Assembly (NCBI RefSeq): GCF_009914755.1
Contig: NC_060929.1
Reading direction: 5' to 3' (one strand)
Source of the DNA: the human T2T-CHM13v2.0 reference genome, Homo sapiens
Length of the DNA: 64,000 nucleotides
In this document: positions 28,995 to 42,316 of the stretch, in pieces
How positions within the stretch are numbered: the first letter of the stretch is position 1
How the letters are laid out: the number at the start of each line of letters is the position of its first letter
The notes under the pieces: generated by a model
Told to the model about the DNA's origin: nothing
Databases searched by the model: none
The model's input: the letters and a program-made list of their open reading frames with translations, nothing else
Made by a program: the position numbers and the translations under genes

Positions 28995-29125
28995 TAGGGT
29001 GATTGTATATCAGGTTTCACAAGGATAGTCTGGTTTAGGCCTGTTGTCCTAGTATAATTATTAGCAGCTCTCTCTTCACTCTTAAAAATGCCCTGGTTTA
29101 GACAATAAATTGTATAGTCACTGTA
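28995..29125 (-). mobile_element. MER94-like hAT-Blackjack non-autonomous DNA transposon
   Basis: TAGGGTGA...cctgttgtcctagtataattatt...ttcactcttaaaaatgccctggtttagacaataaattgtatagtcactgta matches the recalled MER94 consensus. Confidence 0.7.
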
Positions 29126-29408
29126 GCTATATTAAACAGTCTGGATTTTTTTCTAAGGGTAGTGGGGAGCCTTTGCAGAGTTTTAAGAAGGAGAATGATA
29201 TGATTTACTCTTTAGGTGATAAGGCATGAGTGGAGATGGGCAGCACAGTTGGAAGGCTGTTCAGGAGGTGAGGAGATAGATGGCATTGGCTGGAGCAGAA
29301 TGAGGACAGTAAAGATAAAGGGATGTGGGTGGATTCAAAATATATTTTGGAGTTAGAATGGTTAAATTCTAGTGATGAGGCAGAAGAAGTTATCAAGAAT
29401 AACTCCTA

Positions 29409-29704
29409 GGCCAGGCATGGTGGCTCACGCTTATAATCCCAGCACTTTGGGAGGCTGAGACGGGCAGATCACTTGAGGTCAGGAGTTCAAGATCAGCCTG
29501 GCCAAAATGGTGAAATTCCATCTCTACTAAAAATACAAAAATTAGCTGGGCATGGGGCACACGCCTGTAATCCCAGCTACTCGGGAGGCTGAGGCAGAAG
29601 AATCACTTGAATGGTGGAGATTGTAGTGAGCTGAGATCGTGCCACTGCACTCCAGCCTGGGCGACAGAGAAAGACTCCATCTCAAAAAAAAAAAAAAAAA
29701 AAAA
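29409..29704 (+). mobile_element. Alu (AluS-like), TSD AAGAATAACT(C/T)CTAG
   Basis: TSD at 29395-29409 and 29703-29717. Confidence 0.94.
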
Positions 29705-29734
29705 GAATAACTTCTAGATAAACTAAGTGACTGA

Positions 29735-30114
<380 letters not shown>

Positions 30115-31341
30115 CAAGGGCTCAGTTTTTGACATGTTAAGTTTGAGATGCCGTGGAGATGCCATGTGACTGCTCAAGGATAAGAAATTGGCCCAAGGAT
30201 AATAGAAGATAAGCAGACTTGAGTAGTTCTAAGTAGATCTGAGACTCACGCTCTGGTCCTGTGAATCTAAACCTACACTCAAGAAACCACCTTATATGTA
30301 GAGCTGTACTTAGGTATTCTTCATGCCATGTTTTCTGAGTGTTTGATGAATTTCTAGGCCCTTGCCTGTGAACACTAAGGTGCAGCAGGGTTCTAAAAGT
30401 ATATTTAAATAAAATTCCAAAAATGAGCACCAAACTGTTCAACCCACAGGAATTTTCTGAACAAGGAGGAGGAGGAATATAGGATATAAGATTATGGGGC
30501 GTGGCTGAGACCCTCACTTGGCAGACTAGGACATCAGGCCCAAGGAAGCTGTATTTCACTGAGGCTACTTAGGTAGTGGGAGAACTGGGATTACATCCTC
30601 AGTCTTCATCCCTCCCAGGTTGTCATTCTTTCCAAGAGTAGAAAATCTATGAACAGTCCTCTGATGGGAGGTCACTTAGCAAATGTATGGATATGACACA
30701 GGTGTTTGTTTTTGGCCCTAGTTAAGGGAGGGTTTTAGCTCCATCAGGCAAGGAAGACCATCTTTAAACAGTCTTCCTCTTGTCAGGAGAACTAGTTTGA
30801 TTGTTAAGATTTTCTAGTGGTGAGAAGCACATGTGTTTTGAGCCAGCATGCCACAGAGGGCCCTATTGTGTCAACTCACTTACGCGTGCATCTCAGCGCA
30901 GCTGATATGTCCATTTGCTATGGAGCAACAGCTGGTTGCCTGGTGGGTCAATGCGGCTGCTGTTTCAGGTGGAGACAGCTGCCAGCTACCAGGTATAGGG
31001 AACTGAGAGGAGAAACAGGCTGACAAGGTCACTGCTTTTGGTGTTCCTGGGACATCATACTAGTTAACTGGTTTGGTATTGTCCATTGGATGGAGTTTTT
31101 TTAGCTCCTCTCATAGAGTTGACCTCTTACAAAATTAGTGCATTCAATTTAAGAGAATTAAAAAGAATTTCAGACAAAAGGATGTGGTTGTAATACATCC
31201 TGCTAGAGATGATGCTGATGATGCTGATTTCATACAACATTCCTGTAGTACCCATCAGGTTTCAGCCAATTAATTAAATCATACCAAGCCTGGGAATGAA
31301 GTTTGAATTATTCTGCATGGAATTACCCACACATTTAGTGA

Positions 31342-31608
<267 letters not shown>

Positions 31609-32906
31609 TAGGGCTCTGGAGGAAGGAGAAGAGGGGTGCAGTGTGAAGCATCTCAATACCATGATTTATATGACCTCCAGTGAAATACAGTGAATGTGCT
31701 AAAGTCATCCACATCATTAAAGAGAGAGAGAAAATGAGGGGAAAAATGCTAATAGAGATATAAGGAATTACCTTAGAATAATGACTGCGAAAACTGGTAA
31801 AACTATAAATGTGGCATTAATTTTTAATATAAACACATGTCAGAAAGCATATTATAATTATTCCTTAAGTAATTTATTTTATTGTGTTTTATAGGTGACA
31901 AAGAAGTTACTTTTCCAAGTAGATTATTATTGTTGACAGCTTTTGTTTTTAATTCCACAAAATTTGAAGACACATCGAGTTAGCATTTGTAATGTATTTA
32001 CATTCTGTAGTTGGTAGTACATAAGTTTTTAGGTCCCTTTGAAAATCCAGACCCTATAAATATGTCTATATTCCATGCATAATAGAGCAGAATTTTGCTT
32101 ACAGTTTCTAAGATTTCATAGTGATAGGCTAGGAATCTTTGCTTTAAAGGAGAATGTGTTGTTCTTGAATTATTCCTTCCCATTTTAAAGAGCACATTGA
32201 ACTATGAAGAATGTTGATGATTATTCCAGAGCACATAATGTAGAACTGGTGGATCATAAGGTCACAGAGCTGAGAGGATCTTTAAAGGGTTTTCTAACCT
32301 ATGTCATAACCCTTTGGTTCAGCCCTTGAATTAGCTTTGTCTTAAGAGTCCCTTCTGTTTTGAAAGGAGATGACCTCCAGTTGCCTTTGGTAGCTTAATT
32401 CTGCCTTTAATGCTCCCTGTCGGATAAAGTGAATCATGTTGCTGAATGTGTTCTGTTGTTGCTTTGCTTTACCTACTAAAAATATTACATATCATACAAG
32501 GATATCTAGGAAGGGTTGAGATCTAATGTATAGTTTATATTGATGTTTATTTATTGAGAGTAATTTTACAGATACAATTTATTTTTATATATCTACTTGT
32601 CTGAGCAATGAAAAAGGGTTTTTATTGTTGTTTTGTTTTAGTTCTGCTATGAAGGCAAAGCTAATGTAGGTGCAAGCTTTTTTGGATCCCATTTAATAAT
32701 ATATCCTAAACATAGACCAGCTAGTGTTGCCCTTAAATTTCTAAAATTTGTATAGTGGTGACATTATGACAAAATTTTAAAAATACAGTGTGTTAAAATT
32801 AGAGAGGAAGTATAATTAGCATTGCCAAGATATATTTTTGTTTATTTGTGTTGGCCTTATTTCAGTTGGCAAAATTGAATGCATTTTGCTACTTGTGCCT
32901 GTCTAG

Positions 32907-33038
<132 letters not shown>

Positions 33039-33748
33039 TAAATAAGTCTTTAATTTGATCCTGGTCACGTTATCTCCTAAAGACACAAAAAAGAAAAACC
33101 TTAACCAGGGTTCTAGCTCCAGTTGCACCAAAATTCAGTGTCTGACCTCCGCAAGCCCCTCATCCAGTATGGGCTGGAACGCTTTCCTGAGTGAAGGGAA
33201 GAGGCTCACATTAGATGATCTCTGAAGTCACTGCCAGCTCCAAAAGTCTCTGTGTCTGTGCACTTTTGGGAAGAGTAAACAAGCAGACATGTGTTCATGC
33301 CCCTAAATTGACTGGCTTGGAATCATGACAAGAAACGCAGCCAAGCACCAATTTTATATGAGCACTAGAACGTGTCCATCCATAGGTGCAGCCAGGATCC
33401 TGGATATACACAGTTGCTGGTTAATGGGGTCCTGCTTTAAAGATGGTGTTGTGTTTTCAAGCAGAATCCTTTGTCTCCCTTCCATATAAATATTTCACTT
33501 TCCTGATCTGAACAAAACTCAGCATTCCACAGTGTGCATCACTGCCCATTAAAGGTGCTTTGACTCTATATCTCTTTTTCAGTAGCCCACTAGTATGCAG
33601 TGCTGGCATCCTCGACAGATCACACAACACACATGGCTGTTTGGGTCGTCAGGGGTGCCTTCTGTTCATTTCTGATGGAGGCCTAACTTGGCAGAACCAG
33701 TGTTCTCTGCTGCTGTGGCTGGGGCTTGCATCTCCAAGGCGTTTCTAA

Positions 33749-34030
<282 letters not shown>

Positions 34031-35678
34031 TGAGGAACTGATGTTGTAAAGTTGGCTTCTTTTTGCATTTTTCCTGACTTCAAGTGGCTCACTGTGAACC
34101 CAACTTCGGTAACTACTGGAAGAATCCAGGTATTTGGATTCAAATTGGACGTAGGATTGGAAAAGAGATAGACATGGAAACTGGTTAGATAGGCTCTGCG
34201 AGAATTTCTTCCTTCTTTTCCTTCATCTTGTTCAGTTTCCTCAACCCCCACCCTTTACTTTCTGTTTCTTATTCACCCATCTCTTGGTGGCAGCCAGTGA
34301 ACAGTACTGGTCTCCAAATATTTTGTTTCCACTATCATGGAAATCTCCCTGCCTTTATGGTAGAAAGTGGCAGGGAGTTGAAAGGAGGGTGGTGACTGAT
34401 GTCATAGAAATGCTCATGGAAGTGTTGAAAGAAGGTTTGGAAACAATGTCTTTTAACATAAGTATCTCTGGAGCCACAAAAATTTCTTAAGATGTCCCTA
34501 TAGCTCACTCTATTCCCTTGACCTACTTTGGAGATACAGGTCATTAGAAATCTCATACTGCATCTACCTCAAGCTGTCAGGGAGTGCAAACGGGAAGTGC
34601 ATTCTGGAGTAAGCTGCTGATTTCTTTTCCATCACTCTTTCTTTCTATAGCAATTATTTTCTCCTGAGCCATTAGGCATTCTCTCTGTGGTGTGTGTTCT
34701 CTGCCTCCAGGACATCATCTGATGGCGAGTTAACAATGTGACCCCCTGAACTGGGCCCCTCGAGAAGGGCCTTCCACAATGCTCTTGTCTCTCTGGGCTT
34801 CCTCCTCATTAAGTACAACCCACTTCCCAAAATAGAAAGGATCCCACTCATGGATATCCCATGGACAGAGCTGTCAGCTTTGCTGCCTCTCATCACTCTA
34901 GTGAACAAATTATCAGTACTTGGAGATGAGCTTGAAGATCACTTTTTACTCCCTATCTGATTGTAGACAAAGCAAAGCCCCTGGCACAATCTCGTCCTTT
35001 TTCATACCTTAGAGGAGTTAGTAAATCAGTGAAGGCTGAGGGTTTAGTGGTTCATATCATGACAAAACTAAATCCTGTGTAGCTGTATCAAACATTGGTG
35101 GGGTCTACAAAATGATTGTTTTCTTTTTCTTATTTTAACAAGTTCTAGACAAATAATTATTCATCTAGCACCCACTACCTGTCTATGCTGGTTCCCATGT
35201 TCCTCCTCTGTGGTAATTCTGTACCCCTGTTTCTCTTAGTTCTTGGGTGGTGTTGGGAAGGCTTGTAGTGCCTCCCTCATTTCCCAGGATCTGTGGTGAA
35301 AGAGCTGAACTTTCCATTCTTTCTCCATAAACAAAACAATCATGTCTATGAGGAGTCTTGTCTCCATCAGACCATCCAAACTGACGTGCACATGAAAGTA
35401 TAAAAGATCTGGAAGGGGAGGAGCAAGGAGGTGTGTCAACTCATACTTAGGACTGTGAGTCAGGATATTTTGTGTGGCTTAGACTTCTTCCTGAAAAGCA
35501 GGATAATAATCAGAGAAAAGTAACAAAATATCTTCATTTTTCTTTATAGTACCATGTATCTCGTTGGCAACTTATGGCAATGAACTTAATTCAATTAAAA
35601 CTATAATTTTTAAGATTAGTTTATAATTTAAAATTTTTTTAAATTATAAATTTTTTTATATTTTATAAAATATAAATA

Positions 35679-35795
35679 GGCAGGAGAATGGTGTGAACCC
35701 GGGAGGCAGAGCTTGCAGTGAGCCGAGATAGCGCCACTGCCGTCCGGCCTGGGTGAAAGAGTGAGACTCCGTCTCAAAAAAAAAAAAAAAAAAAA
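35679..35795 (+). mobile_element. Alu right-arm 3' fragment (AluY lineage)
   Basis: ggcaggagaatggtgtgaacccgggaggcagagcttgcagtgagccgagatagcgcc... followed by poly-A. Confidence 0.9.
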
Positions 35796-36025
35796 TGACC
35801 CTGACCCACACAAAAAAGCTCTAAAATTATAGTTTTAAAACTATAATTTTATAATTTAAAAAATTTTTAAAGTGTGTTGGCATGATTGGCTTCACTATTT
35901 ATATGTCCCAACCGTTGTGTCAGGCATAAACTAGGGTTTGAGTGACTTTAAAACACTGACTTCCTGGAGCCTATATTTTGGGGACTAAGAAGACATAGAA
36001 AGAGGTGATTAAGATGCATCCCTCT

Positions 36026-36323
36026 GGCTGGGTGCGGTGGCTCACGCCTGTAATCCAAACACTTTGGGAGGCTGAGGCGAGTGGATCACCTGAGGTCAGG
36101 AGTTCGAGACCAGCCTGACCAACAAGGTGAAACCCTGTCTCTACTAAAAATACAAAAATTAGCCTGGCAAGGTGGCAGGTGCCTATAGTCCCAGCTACTC
36201 GGGAGGCTGAGAATTCCTTCAACCCGGGAGGCCGAGGTTGCGCTGAGCTGAAATCACACCACTGCACTCCAGTCTGGGCAACAGAGCGAGACTCCATCTC
36301 AAAAAAAAAGAAAAAAATAAATA
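36026..36323 (+). mobile_element. Alu (AluSx-like), TSD AAGAT(G/A)CATCCCT
   Basis: Dimeric Alu with small right-arm deletions; TSD at ~36011 and ~36324. Confidence 0.93.
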
Positions 36324-36324
36324 A

Positions 36325-36588
<264 letters not shown>

Positions 36589-37264
36589 TGAAACCCGCCA
36601 ATTTAACACCTAGTGCTGTTCCTTATCACTTCACAGAAACACACACCAGTCAACTTTTCAAAAAAAATGAAAATTCGATAAGGTTTCCAGTAAACTGAAA
36701 CCTTTAATCTATAATCCAGGACTGATTTTTTGTTGATTTGTGTAGGGGCAGTTCTCTTGAGCTACAAGTAAGGTCCAGCTGTCAAAATTCAGGCCAGCAA
36801 GATGGGGAAAATGTGAATTGCTTTGAAGAGTTCAGCAAGACCACTGTGGTATATTTTGAGCACTGAAGAAAGAATGATTGAAATAAACCCTAAAAATATG
36901 ACAAGGGTCACCTTAGTGAGGCAAAAAAATACAGATATTAATATGGTGAATATGCATATGCATATTATTGTATGGTTAATATGCAAATATTAAAATGTTC
37001 ATTGCTGGAAGTAAAAGTTTTAAAACTTTCTTTTTTTACGATAATGTTCTGGTCATGACAAATTCATAATATGACTGAGTACAAATTCTGTAACCACAGG
37101 GTGGGAGTTTCTCCTTATTTATATAGCTTCACCGTTTCAGCCAGGAAGTTTATCAAGCTAAAAGTGATACTGAAAGAAGAAGTTTCTGCTCATGGTATAC
37201 AGACTTGCTAAGATATTTAGTGCCACCTTCCAAGTATCATGAGCAAAAACATTGTTCTTCTTCT

Positions 37265-38300
37265 AGGACTACTTTACATTCCTACCAGTAATGTACGAGG
37301 GTTCCATTTTTTTCATTTCCTCACCAACACTAGTTATTATCTGACTTTTTGATTCTAGCCATCCTAGTCAGTGTTCAGTGGTATCTCATTGTGGTTTTGC
37401 TTTCCATTTCCATGATGGCTGATGATATTGAACATCTTTCTGTGCATTTATTGGTCATCTCTATTATCTTCTTTATATAAATCCCTGCTCAGACTCTTTG
37501 TTAATTTTTTAACTGGATTTTCTTTTTACTATGGCGTTATAATCTTTATATTTTTTAGATATATGTCCTTATCAGATATATAATTTACAAATATTTTATT
37601 CCATTCTTTGAGTTATTTTTTCCTTTCTTGATGATGACTTTTGCAGCAGAAAAGTTTTTATTTTGATGAAGTCTAGTTTATCTTTTTTATTTCATTGCTT
37701 GTGCTTTTGGTGTTAAATGTAAAAAAACATTGCCTGATCCAAGGTCACAAGATTTATGTCCATGTTTCTCCTAAAAATTTTATAGTTTTAGCTTCTGTAT
37801 TTAGATATTTGATCCATTCTGAGGTAATTTTTACATACAATATGAGGTAGGGGTCCAACTTAATTCTTTTGCGTGTGGCTATCCAGTTGTCCCAGCACTA
37901 TTTGTGAAAAGGCTATTCTTTCCCCCACTGAATTGTCTTGATACCCTTTTTAAAATTCAGCATTCCATAAATGTGAGAGGATTTATTTCTGGACTCCGTA
38001 TTTCATTTCATTTGTCTATATATCTCTCCTTATGCCAGCACCATACAGTTTTGATTATTGTAGCTTAGGAGGAAGCATTAAAACTGAGAAATTGAAATCC
38101 TTTTAAATTGGTTTTTCTTTTTCAGGATTGTTTTGACTATTCTGGGTCCTTGAATTTCCATGTGAATGGTAACATCAATATGTTAATTTCCACAAAGAAG
38201 CAAGGTGGAAATTTAATGGAGATTGAATCTATAGATCAATTTGGGGAATACTGTCCACTTAACAATATGAAGTCTTCAGATTCATAAACATGGGATGTCA
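37265..38300 (-). mobile_element. Old L1 ORF2 fragment (L1M-type), antisense
   Basis: tacattcctaccag...gtggtatctcattgtggtttt...tatccagttgtcccagcactattt...gaatctatagatcaatttgggga. Confidence 0.9.
38126..38136 (+). CDS. MEGF10: Coding start of alternative terminal exon of a short MEGF10 isoform: (G)GA TTG TTT TGA = G-L-F-stop
   Basis: Strong acceptor gtttttctttttcag|GA inside an antisense L1; phase matches the 36559 donor. The predicted end at residue 567 agrees with my recollection of an annotated short MEGF10 isoform ending in LF. Confidence 0.75.
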
Positions 38301-40135
38301 CCAGCAACCTCTTCAGTAGTGTCTCTCAGCCCCTTGGAAAATGTTGAGAGCTTCTTTGGTTTCTAAAGGAGTAAACTGAGATGAACTGTCATGTGCTTGA
38401 TTTCTAGTGTCTGAGAGCTACCTTGGGAAACAGGCTAAGGCTGGTGCAATGGACTTTATTTTCTACCAATAGGAGCTACCCACAGACACGAGGCCTCCCC
38501 AACCCTGTAGTTCCATCTTGACTTGCAAAACCTGAGATAACTTGACTTCACAATAGGAAATTCTGCCTTCCAATGTTTCAGCTTGGCTCTTCATCCCCAA
38601 ATGTTAAAACTGCATCAACTAGGGATTGAACCAGATTTTGTGACTTCACTAGGGTTCTTGAAGTTCTCAAATGGAGAGATCGATACTAATTTCTCAATGA
38701 CCACGGTGAAGCAAAATAACATTTTTAACCTTCTGGCAAATTCAGAATTTTCTAACAGAGAGACCACATCATTTGTTTTATACAACACTCCACCAAATCT
38801 ACTTCTGTCTTATAAAGATAGAAAGAATGTGAGGTGTTCCTGAACACACCAGTCACTGCTCAAGTGTCCACCTGCTTTGATGATTTAGAACTATCCTGTG
38901 AAAGGCACACTCTAGTATACATGAGAAGAGCAAGAGATAGGATTTGGCCTGAAGCCAGCCGGAAAATGTGTTAGTTGCATTCCACAGTCTGGGTCATGGG
39001 GTAAGACAAATTATCCCATCTGACCTTAGACCTATCAAGCTCCTACGGGAATGCAGTGGCTTTGTCACACAATGTAATCTTGTAATCCTCTGTCCATCTG
39101 TGGCCGGCCTGCTTCTCTAAACGGGAAGACTACTGCTTCATGCTGCTCTATTGCTTGTTGCCTACCATCTCTGCCTCATGGTCTGTCAGTCATTATTGCT
39201 CCTAGACCAGCTAAGTTGCCCCAGTGTCTCATTTCTGGGTCTTCTGTGTGGGCTGTTGGTCTGTAAGCATCTGTCAGTATCTAAGCCTGCTGTGAGGTCA
39301 TCCCTCACAATTACAGAATACACTTGGTATACAAAAACACATGTAGAGGAAAAGAAAATTACTGAAGTTCCAAAAAACACCTACAATTGGACCAAGAATT
39401 GGCTTATTTTTTTTTTTAAAGAAAGAGCAGCTTCTGTATATTATTTACAAAGGTCATCATTTCATTGTCTGCACTGGACAGACTAATAATTTTTTACCCA
39501 TAAAATTGTTTAGGGTTAGTACCCTGTTAGGACCTTTTTGAACGTAAAGAAGGTTTTACTTTCCATTTAAGACACCAGGTTTGAGGTCAAAAGATAAACA
39601 TAAGCCCAGAGAAGCAAGCAATTCTATTTCTTCTCATCCCTGTTGCTGAGATTGCTGTAGGTGAAATATTAAGTATCCCTGGACAGGGCAGAAGTATGTA
39701 GGATAGGAGGCTTGTGTGTAGTGAGGCTTTTATGAATAAATCAGTGAAATCTGACACAGAAGCCAGGGCTCTTCCCCTGATCAAATCAACAAGATGGCCT
39801 TAAGTGCTCCGTCAACTGTGGACACTGTGGGGAGAGGCTGATCAGTTGGATTTGGAGCCAGAGATAAGAGTCAGGAGGGCCTTGTTCCTCTTTACAAAGG
39901 AATTGACATGACTAAATTGAGGAAGTCTCACCCTAAGGTGAGATGCCAAGGAAGATGGCTTGCTGTCTTACTGTGTACCCACATCCACCATTTCTTATAA
40001 CTTCAACCCACTATCTAGCATTTGACTGTTCTCTCAAAGGAACTGAGGCTTTTTTATTTCTATTATAATTGATAGTCCTATTTTACCTAGTCATAAAATA
40101 AGTCCTCAAAATATACTGTTATGAAAAGTAAACAA

Positions 40136-40141
40136 AATAAA
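40136..40141 (+). terminator. Candidate polyadenylation signal for the short-isoform terminal exon (alternative AATAAA at 39735-39740)
   Basis: AATAAA followed by GT/T-rich sequence (gttgtgtttgacatttt); use not verifiable from sequence. Confidence 0.4.
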
Positions 40142-40355
40142 AGTTGTGTTTGACATTTTAGATCCTATTTCCAAAAAAAGTACCATTTTATTGTAGTATG
40201 TGGTTATTTAAAACCTTAATTTATTGTCATTTTTAGCCAATACACTATTTTATCAAAAAGAGGCAGATTGCAGTAGAAGAATGAGGAAAATGAAATACCA
40301 TTCAGGATTTAGGCTGTGTCCTATGCTGCTTCTCCTACACCTCTGGACCTCTGGT

Positions 40356-40382
40356 ACACACACACACTCTCTCTCTCTCTCT
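40356..40382. repeat. (CA)n(CT)n microsatellite
   Basis: Read directly from the sequence. Confidence 0.85.
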
Positions 40383-42251
40383 GCTATAAAATGAGGCTCG
40401 CTTTTCAAAATGATTATACTGAAATTTCAGATGTCAATGAAATATAATTATGAGTGTTTGTGTATACTTATGTATGTGTGTTTCCAGAGTAGTGGAGTGA
40501 TATACTTTATAAAAGCATTTTCCCAAAATTACAGAAACAGGCTGAAGTTTATGTCTTCTTTTCTGCTCTGACTTCAGTCAGCCAGAACACCCATTTGCTG
40601 AGCATTACAGCTAATCAAGATTTCATTCCAGCTGACTGGGAACATGTGCAGTGTCCGGCCTCATTCCCAGCCCTGGCTAAGATCACTGTCACCTGGGAAC
40701 TCTTCGAACTTGCATATTCCCAGTCCCCACCTCACACCTACTAAATGAGAATTTGGAAAGTGGCTGAGGAGGAGGAAGATTATGGAGCCTCTGCCCATCC
40801 AGAAAGCAACTTTGATACAAATTTGGAAAAGATTTGGAAATCCCTCAGGATGTACTCCTTGGCACATGAAGTGCAAGCCGGATTTCTGCCCCAACTTAGC
40901 CCCTTGGGCAGGGGCTCTTGCATAGTGCACAACTTGCAAAACCTTACTTGGTGGCTTTGTCTGCCCTGGTGACCCAGGCAGGCAGTGGCAGTTACGGTCT
41001 GCATAGTGGCATCTGCTGTGTCATATTACTCTAGTTATTGAAGAACTTGGGGTCTGGGGTGCATTTCTTTGACAGAAACCACATAATCAATGGCAAATGA
41101 GAAGAGGTGGTTCAAGGATGTGTTTATACCAGAATAAAAAAGTTAAACACTAAACAGATAAAAAGGAGAATAGGACACCCAATGAAACTCTAGGGGTCTT
41201 GAGAAAGAGAGGAGAGACTATCAAGGCATGGTATAATTGTAAGGGGAGGGGTAGGAGAATAAGAGGAGAGGTTGGGGGCTCATCTGAGCCCAGCCAGGAA
41301 GGGTGTAATCGGAAGGAGGATCACCTGTGGGCAAGTTGATGTGAAGAGCCCACTTCTCCGCTCTTCCCAGCAAGCAGAACTAGGCCTAGAGTGGCCGCAG
41401 CCTCCCTCCACAAGGAAAGCTCTCCTTTCCATGTTTTACCAAACAGCAAGTTTGACCAGCTGAGTGAGTGAGCTGCTACTTCAGGGACTAATCTGTCGTG
41501 AGGTGATGTCTCATGCAGCTAAGGGATGCCTGAACTGTTAAAATAAGGGGAGACCTACCTTCCTTTGTCCAGTGACATATAAGTGCAAATCCAAGTTGGA
41601 GGTAATAACTTTAGTCAAATGAGTTTAATTAACATGCCTGCACCCAATCAGCCACAAGTACAAATGACTCACTATCTGACCCTTTTGGGTATTGAGGGCT
41701 GGAGAGTGTGTCTGCAGGTTCATATGTATATGTCTGTCTGTTTGGTCTTGGGAGAGGGGATCATATAAAAGCAGAAGGCTGGGCCCCTGCTGTGAGGGTG
41801 AAGGGAGGTGCTCATTTCCCCCAACAAGAAAAGGCCACAGAAAAAACCAAAGCTCCAAGATCTGCCTAGCAATCCTTTCTACTTGCTTTTATCTGGGTCC
41901 AGACTGAGGCAGGCCATGGTGTCTGGTATTTTTTTTTTTTTTTTTTTTTTTGTCTTGCAAGTGCAAAGGCAAACACCTCTGATTTATATGACTTATTAAG
42001 ACTTTTTTCAACTTTGTTGAACTATATAAAGCAGATTCTTTTTTACTGGGTCTTTAAAATCCATAGTATCCAAATAGAAAGATTTGGTTTAACAACCATT
42101 TGTTGAGTGTCTCCAGGTTCTATGCAACCATAATGCTTGGGTGCTGGGAACACAGAGAGGAAGTGAAGCCAACTCCCATCCTGCAGAAGCTCACATTGCA
42201 TCAGGACAGTCGCTCTATCAGCAGAGATGGATATACCAGTGAATAACTTCT

Positions 42252-42316
42252 CTATACTACACCACACTATGCTGTACTACACTACACTACGCTACACTAC
42301 ACTACACTACACTATG
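42252..42316. repeat. Imperfect (CTACA)13 pentanucleotide repeat
   Basis: ctata ctaca ccaca ctatg ctgta ctaca ctaca ctacg ctaca ctaca ctaca ctaca ctatg. Confidence 0.92.
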
